In this document: in pieces, positions 61,140 through 64,000 of the stretch
Numbering within the stretch: the first letter of the stretch is position 1
How the letters are laid out: every line of letters begins with the position of its first letter
Assembly: GCA_012838995.1 (NCBI GenBank)
Contig: DUOD01000013.1
Span: forward strand, 28,561-92,560
Reading direction: 5' to 3'
Source of the DNA: Clostridiales bacterium
Lineage (GTDB): Bacteria > Bacillota > Clostridia > DUOD01
DNA length: 64,000 nucleotides
The notes under the pieces: generated by a model
Seen by the model: only the letters and a program-made list of their open reading frames with translations
Told to the model about the DNA's origin: nothing
The model's database searches: none
Made by a program: the position numbers and the translations under genes

Positions 61140-63644
61140 TTATACTCCTCTGAAATAACGGCCCCGTGTAAAGCCCCGAGCGTTTATCCTATCCATCCTT
61201 TCCTTGATATGCCCAGGGATACCCCTTTGACCGTCTAATCCTATCAGGGTATGGTAGATTTCTATTATCTCCAAGATTTCCTCCGGTTTTTCCAGGGTAA
61301 CGTTTATCCTTAGATAACGGGCTCCCAAGTCCTTTATACGCTCAAACCTGTCCATTAATGACAGACACTGACTGTTTAAAATCTGATTTATACAATAATG
61401 ACCGGTGGTGTACGGAAATATTTTAAGTTTTTGGCCCATCCTGTCCACCAGCATATAATCCCGGGAGCACCACCCAGATTCACAACCCTTTCCGGAAACG
61501 TCCCCCTGCTCCAAAAAAATTCCGGGGCACCAATGGGTAACCATCAACGGTAAATAACCATGGATAATCAATTCATATTCCATTGACCCATTGTTTTTTA
61601 TTATATCATCAATCTGGCGGGCGGTTAACTCCGGGGACAGGGTAATCCTTGCCAGGCCGAGTTGTGCCGCCTGATCCACCGACAAACTATTGAAGACGTT
61701 CAGCGAAAAATCGCCGTACATTTTCACTCCCAAGTCAGCAAAAAGCTCTAGTAAACCCAGGTTGGTGACCAAGACGCCATCGAAATATTCGGCCATGGAA
61801 AGCTTTATATCTTCCATATCTTTGTTTCTGGTTATGGGAGGAAAGGCCAGTACCACCTTCTTACCCCGGCACCTGACCCCTTCCACAATGTCCAGGTTTA
61901 TATTCGGATGGTATACAAAATAAACGGTATCGATGGGGGTTTTGATCACCCGCTTTAATATTTCTTCGCTCCTTGTCCACAGCGAAAGTTTTATATCCTC
62001 ATATATCCTTTGACCTGTCTCTTTCCCTGTTGGACTTTCTTCTGTTATTAGATCCTTTATCCATGGGAATCCGTGGGCTACATTGTCTTCTGCCTCCGAG
62101 CCGCTTATATCCGATCCTCTCCTGTCTATGCCCAGTCTTTTCTTTATCAATAGGTCCAAAGCCATTCGCCTTAAACCGTTTAACTCCCGAACCGGTAAAG
62201 ATACATTATCCTCCAGCTCAACATCCAGCTCTGCTACATTAAAGGCAGTACCGCCCGTCTTGGAAAGTTGTTTCCTAACTGTCTCATCTGTTAATGGCTT
62301 GTTTATCGCAGCTTGTGCATTGAGATTGCCCTCAACCCTTACCCGGTTGCCCTGGTCATCCCAAAGATCTAGCAACGGCCGACGTCCCATTTTGATAACG
62401 GCCTTGCAGTATATCGGTATTTCCCTTGACCTATTGACATCCTCCATCTTGCCCATTAATTTTTTGTCAAAGGTCTTATACACCATACGGGGCCTTTTTA
62501 AGCCTTTATGGGTTTTAAGCTCCACCGTCTGACCTGCCTTACCGCCTTCCACCGGTTTTCCGTTTATATAGATATTTCTTATATACATACCGGCAGTGTT
62601 TCCGTTATCCTGCCATATCTCTAACCCGTCCCCCAAGCTGATGTCTTCTGTCAACTCTAACACAAGCCTGCCGGTCTTGCCGTTGTATTTTTTTACCTTG
62701 CCGATAAAAAGACCCCAGTTGTCAGGCTTTTCCGGGGCTATCAAGGTTTTTTTGTTGCCGTCAAAGGCGTACCCCGGCCAAAACCCGCCCCTGTTATAGG
62801 CCAGCATCAGCCTTTTCATATCGTCATCCTGCATATAGCCAGCCTTCTCATTTAAGCTATCAATGGCCCTGCGGTATGCCGAGGTGACATGGAAAACATA
62901 TTCCGGCTTTTTCATCCTGCCTTCAATCTTAAGTGATGTCACTCCCGCTTTTTTGAATAGGGCCAGATAATTAAGGGTGCATATATCTCTTGCACTGAGC
63001 AGATACTTACCTTGGATCTTCATTCTTTTTCCGTCTTTGTCCATAAGGGTATAGATCAACCTACAAGGCTGAGCACATTTGCCCCTGTTACCGCTCCTAC
63101 CGCCTATAAGACTGCTCATCAGACACTGTCCGGAATAGCAAATACACAAAGCACCATGTACAAAGACTTCCAGCTCAATTTCGGTATGGGCAGCAATCTG
63201 GGCTATTTCCTCGATTTCCAGTTCCCTGGCCAATACCACCCTCTTAAAGCCCATTTTCTCCAGGGCCTTTACCCCCAATGTGTTGTGAACGGTCATCTGG
63301 GTACTGGCATGTACTTTAAGATCTGGGAAGGCCTGCCTTATAAGGCGCATTAAACCCAGATCTTGAATAATAACACCGTCTACACCCATACCGTATATTT
63401 GATTGATAAAATTTTCCGCTTCTTTCAGTTCATTATTTGATAAAAGGGTATTTACGGTAGCATATATCTTTACGCCCAAATGATGGCAAAAGTTCGTTGC
63501 TTCTTCTAACTGCCGGTTATCGAAATTTTTTGCATATTGTCGGGCACTGAACTGCGTGCCTCCCACATAAACGGCATCGGCTCCTCCCTTAACCGCAGCT
63601 TGCAAAGCCTCCATACTTCCGGCAGGTGCAAGTAATTCCATCAC
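61140..63644 (-). CDS. Large U32-family protein with a DUF3656-type C-terminal extension (834 aa); RlhA/TrhP-like putative RNA hydroxylase or peptidase
   Basis: U32 N-terminal TIM barrel (ELLAPAG...GADAVYVGG) with conserved Cys motifs (CxxxxCxC), plus a long C-terminal region. Confidence 0.75.
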   Translation of the reverse strand: MMELLAPAGSMEALQAAVKGGADAVYVGGTQFSARQYAKNFDNRQLEEATNFCHHLGVKIYATVNTLLSNNELKEAENFINQIYGMGVDGVIIQDLGLMRLIRQAFPDLKVHASTQMTVHNTLGVKALEKMGFKRVVLARELEIEEIAQIAAHTEIELEVFVHGALCICYSGQCLMSSLIGGRSGNRGKCAQPCRLIYTLMDKDGKRMKIQGKYLLSARDICTLNYLALFKKAGVTSLKIEGRMKKPEYVFHVTSAYRRAIDSLNEKAGYMQDDDMKRLMLAYNRGGFWPGYAFDGNKKTLIAPEKPDNWGLFIGKVKKYNGKTGRLVLELTEDISLGDGLEIWQDNGNTAGMYIRNIYINGKPVEGGKAGQTVELKTHKGLKRPRMVYKTFDKKLMGKMEDVNRSREIPIYCKAVIKMGRRPLLDLWDDQGNRVRVEGNLNAQAAINKPLTDETVRKQLSKTGGTAFNVAELDVELEDNVSLPVRELNGLRRMALDLLIKKRLGIDRRGSDISGSEAEDNVAHGFPWIKDLITEESPTGKETGQRIYEDIKLSLWTRSEEILKRVIKTPIDTVYFVYHPNINLDIVEGVRCRGKKVVLAFPPITRNKDMEDIKLSMAEYFDGVLVTNLGLLELFADLGVKMYGDFSLNVFNSLSVDQAAQLGLARITLSPELTARQIDDIIKNNGSMEYELIIHGYLPLMVTHWCPGIFLEQGDVSGKGCESGWCSRDYMLVDRMGQKLKIFPYTTGHYCINQILNSQCLSLMDRFERIKDLGARYLRINVTLEKPEEILEIIEIYHTLIGLDGQRGIPGHIKERMDRINARGFTRGRYFRGV

Positions 63645-63660
63645 AAAATTCCTTCCTTCT

Positions 63661-63999
63661 CTAAACGTTAAGCGCCTTAGGCATTTCCAATAGGGGGGTT
63701 AAACCCTTTTCAATGGCCGGACTGATATCGGTCAGTGATTTAATATCACCCTTAAGCTTATCCTGCCCGCTGCCTATGAGAAATGTCGGCACTTTATTCA
63801 ATGTATGGGTCTTAGTTGTTATATCTTCTATGTTTCCATGATCGCTGGTAATTATGATCAGATTTTTCTTTAAATCCACGTTTTTTATAAGCTTACCGAT
63901 AAACCTATCCAGCAGCTGGATTATATCCACCGACACATCCATTTGCTGTCCATGGCCGGCTATGTCGGTTAAAAAATATTCAAAGAATAAAAAATCATG
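63661..63999 (-). CDS. C-terminal part of an alkaline-phosphatase-superfamily metalloenzyme (ApgM/iPGM/phosphopentomutase-like); truncated by the window edge
   Basis: The frame is open to the window end (...HDFLFFEYFLTDIAGHGQQMDVS...) and carries a TSDHGN metal-binding motif. Confidence 0.45.
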   Translation of the reverse strand, partial: HDFLFFEYFLTDIAGHGQQMDVSVDIIQLLDRFIGKLIKNVDLKKNLIIITSDHGNIEDITTKTHTLNKVPTFLIGSGQDKLKGDIKSLTDISPAIEKGLTPLLEMPKALNV

Positions 64000-64000
64000 G

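Overview
This 64 kb window reads as a chromosomal segment from a low-to-moderate-GC, endospore-forming Firmicute; gene content looks Clostridia-like with Bacillus-type synteny. About 65 genes are packed with short intergenic gaps. Almost all lie on the minus strand; only argG-argH, the class A PBP, speD and one small ORF are on the plus strand. That strand bias is consistent with a single replichore. A conserved housekeeping backbone is recognisable on the minus strand: hisS (N-terminus at the left edge, preceded by a T-box leader) <- hemZ-like radical SAM <- MBL hydrolase <- dtd <- relA <- apt <- recJ <- secF <- secD <- HD protein <- SCIFF maturase <- SCIFF peptide <- membrane protein <- yajC <- tgt <- queA <- ruvB <- ruvA <- ruvC. 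Further right come proBA, YebC, nadE and YigZ. A sporulation block follows: spoIIAA-spoIIAB-sigF, then a SpoVAEA-like/SpoVAF-like pair, YunB and a BofC-like protein. A contiguous bacillithiol locus (bshC-bshB-bshA plus a methyltransferase) follows. After it: ctc, iadA, ftsH, yjbQ, a standalone ABC-class ATPase and thiI/nifS. The right end holds a CssRS-like two-component system with htrA, a xyl-type locus (ROK regulator, xylB, divergent xylose-isomerase-like protein), mutS2 and a large U32/DUF3656 protein. The most notable unexplained item is a SCIFF-type RiPP-like locus, whose 47-aa six-cysteine precursor is missing from the ORF track because it is under 60 aa. I found no mobile elements, CRISPR arrays or rRNA/tRNA genes. 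All calls come from reading translated ORFs and motifs by eye; no database search was run. Coordinates for features not in the ORF track may be off by 1-2 nt.
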